A DNA stretch of 40,434 nt from Eubacteriales bacterium (GTDB taxonomy: Bacteria > Bacillota > Clostridia > Oscillospirales > CAG-272): positions 1 to 40,434 of the forward strand of contig JAZODV010000039.1 in the NCBI GenBank assembly GCA_045597185.1, in the 5' to 3' direction. Numbering within the stretch: the stretch's first letter is position 1; every line of letters starts with the position of its first letter. Below the pieces are notes generated by a model that was not told the DNA's origin, did no database searches, and was given only the letters and a program-made list of their open reading frames with translations. A program made the translations under genes and the position numbers. Below, in pieces: positions 38,488 through 40,434 of this stretch.

Positions 38488-40346
38488 AACAGATTCCAAT
38501 AATTGAAAAGTTTTTATTAAACAACAAGAGGGAGAATGTGTCGAGACTCGGCGCATTCCCCTCGGGGTCTGATATACTTATAAGATTGATCGTACCGCGC
38601 AGTTTAGGCTGCGCTTTCCCCATTTTAAGAATACGGCTTGATGGAACAGATGACAGGGATATACATTCGGATTTTGTAAGCTCTGACGGAATAAACGATA
38701 TATTTGAAATAGAGCTTTCTCCAGACGTCGAAGAAGGATTGCTTTTCTATACGTTTGTATTTCCGAAAGAAAGCGGTGCGTATTTTACTTCTTCGTATAA
38801 TAATGTGGACTTCGAGTTCTCAGAGACCGACGAATCACGTTTTTGTATGATGATATACGAAAAAGAATACAAAACGCCCGATTGGCTAAAATCAGGCGTA
38901 ATGTATCAGATATTCGTAGACCGATTTAATCGAGGAAAGGGAAAAGTCAACTACCGTGACGATTCTATCATAAATGAGGATTGGTACAACGGTGTGCCGC
39001 AGTACGGTGAACGAGCAGGGGCGTTTGTGGAAAACAATATGTTTTTCGGAGGAAACCTTTGGGGCGTTGCCGAAAAATTAGATTATCTAAAGGAGCTTGG
39101 CGTAAGTGTTTTGTATCTTAATCCGATATTTGAAGCAAGATCAAACCATAAATACGACACAAGTAACTATTTAAAAATTGACGATGGATTTGGCGGAGAA
39201 GCCGCATTTGAAAATCTCTTAAAGAAAGCAAAGAAAAAAGGTATAAAGATTATACTTGACGGAGTTTTCAACCATACGGGTGACGATAGCCTGTATTTTG
39301 ACCGCTATAACAAATACGGCGGCGCGTACGCAAATCCTAATTCGGAGTATTTTGACTGGTATACATGGAAGAGATACCCCGAAGAATACGAAAGCTGGTG
39401 GGGTATAAAAATTATGCCTCGACTTAACCAGAATAATCAAAAATGCCGTAGCTTTTTCACGGGTAAAGACGGTGTTGCGGAAAAATATATCCTTGAAGGA
39501 ATTGACGGTTGGCGTCTTGACGTAGCAGACGAGCTTAATGATGATTTTATTGACGAGCTTCGTTATACGGTCAAAAAAGCGTCAAACGGCAATGCCGCTA
39601 TCATCGGTGAGGTCTGGGAAAATGCCGCTCAAAAGATATCCTACGGCTCACGCAGACGGTATTTCAGAGGAAAACAGCTTGACAGTGTAATGAATTACCC
39701 ATTGCGAAGCGCAATAATTGGTTTTGTCAAAAACGGCGACGCAACGGTGCTTTACAATACGCTTACAGAGCTGTATTCGTCATATCCTAGAGAAGCTTCC
39801 GACGCTCTTATGAATATTATCGGAACACACGATACCGAGCGTATTCTGACGGTCGTCGGTGGAGAAGAGGATCAAGGATACGATAACAAAACTCTCGCGT
39901 CAATGAAAATGACACAGGGCGAGCGTCTCAGAGCAAAACAGCTTTTGAAGATTGCATCGACGATACAGTTTACGGTGTTTGGTATTCCGTCACTTTATTC
40001 GGGTGATGAAGCAGGTGTCGAAGGATATCACGATCCCTTCTGCCGTAAGCCCTTCCCTTGGGGCAAGGAAGATGCCGAAATCCTTCTGCATTACAGAAAA
40101 CTTGGCGAGATGAGAAATGCCCACAGTGCTTTTAACGGCGGTGATTTTAACATTATCGATCACAGCGATTCTTATATGATATATGAGAGAAAAGGCAAAA
40201 ATGACCGCGTTGTTATAGCCGTAAACCGAGGCGAAGCTATGAAATTCACGCTCCGTGGTAAGTGGAACGATATTCTCACGGACAAAAAATTTGAAGGAAA
40301 CGTAACGCTTGATAAAGACAGTGCGCTGATATTAGAGAGGATATAA
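38484..40346 (+). CDS. GH13 neopullulanase/amylopullulanase-like glycosidase
   Basis: YQIFVDRF, SNHKYDT, LDGVFNH, GWRLDVADE, GEVWE and GTHDTER. Confidence 0.92.
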   Translation: MKQIPIIEKFLLNNKRENVSRLGAFPSGSDILIRLIVPRSLGCAFPILRIRLDGTDDRDIHSDFVSSDGINDIFEIELSPDVEEGLLFYTFVFPKESGAYFTSSYNNVDFEFSETDESRFCMMIYEKEYKTPDWLKSGVMYQIFVDRFNRGKGKVNYRDDSIINEDWYNGVPQYGERAGAFVENNMFFGGNLWGVAEKLDYLKELGVSVLYLNPIFEARSNHKYDTSNYLKIDDGFGGEAAFENLLKKAKKKGIKIILDGVFNHTGDDSLYFDRYNKYGGAYANPNSEYFDWYTWKRYPEEYESWWGIKIMPRLNQNNQKCRSFFTGKDGVAEKYILEGIDGWRLDVADELNDDFIDELRYTVKKASNGNAAIIGEVWENAAQKISYGSRRRYFRGKQLDSVMNYPLRSAIIGFVKNGDATVLYNTLTELYSSYPREASDALMNIIGTHDTERILTVVGGEEDQGYDNKTLASMKMTQGERLRAKQLLKIASTIQFTVFGIPSLYSGDEAGVEGYHDPFCRKPFPWGKEDAEILLHYRKLGEMRNAHSAFNGGDFNIIDHSDSYMIYERKGKNDRVVIAVNRGEAMKFTLRGKWNDILTDKKFEGNVTLDKDSALILERI

Positions 40347-40348
40347 AA

Positions 40349-40434
40349 ATGGGACTTTTCAAAAGAAAAAGCAAAAACCCAGACAGTATAAAATACAAAA
40401 GGGAAATGGCAGAGCGAATAATCGGTCACCATAT
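40349..40434 (+). CDS. Hypothetical protein, 5' part only (runs off window)
   Basis: RBS GAGAGGA then ATG, open to the end: MGLFKRKSKNPDSIKYKREMAERIIGHH. Confidence 0.6.
   Translation, partial: MGLFKRKSKNPDSIKYKREMAERIIGHH

Overview
Core-chromosome segment of a low-GC, endospore-forming Firmicute (Clostridia-like, inferred from the spoIIAA-spoIIAB-sigF operon, sigmaA-type promoters and gene content). Housekeeping genes include a ZIP transporter, a THUMP RNA methyltransferase, murI, rny, an AlaX-type editing protein, hpf, ligA, lepA, a holB-ricT-ferredoxin-yabB-ttcA cluster and a complete glycogen operon (glgBCDAP plus a GH13 enzyme). There are two tRNAs, Ile2/Met-CAT and Ser-CGA, with a small mosaic accessory block between them. 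No CRISPR array, transposase, integrase or prophage gene is visible. The best non-obvious signals are: (1) an unannotated ~155-nt sRNA candidate after sigF, with its own promoter, an upstream TGTWAH-N5-TGTWAH box and two near-identical C7 loops; (2) a ~400-bp non-coding element built from two inverted three-hairpin modules with conserved structure but different sequence, bounded by 8-4-8 palindromic sites, with a second inverted copy at the window edge; (3) a run of about eight hairpins behind rny; (4) a TGG->TGA stop in one of two tandem TIM-barrel paralogs and an NPPY->NPQD change in the THUMP methyltransferase. All product calls come from motif recognition by eye; no database search was run.
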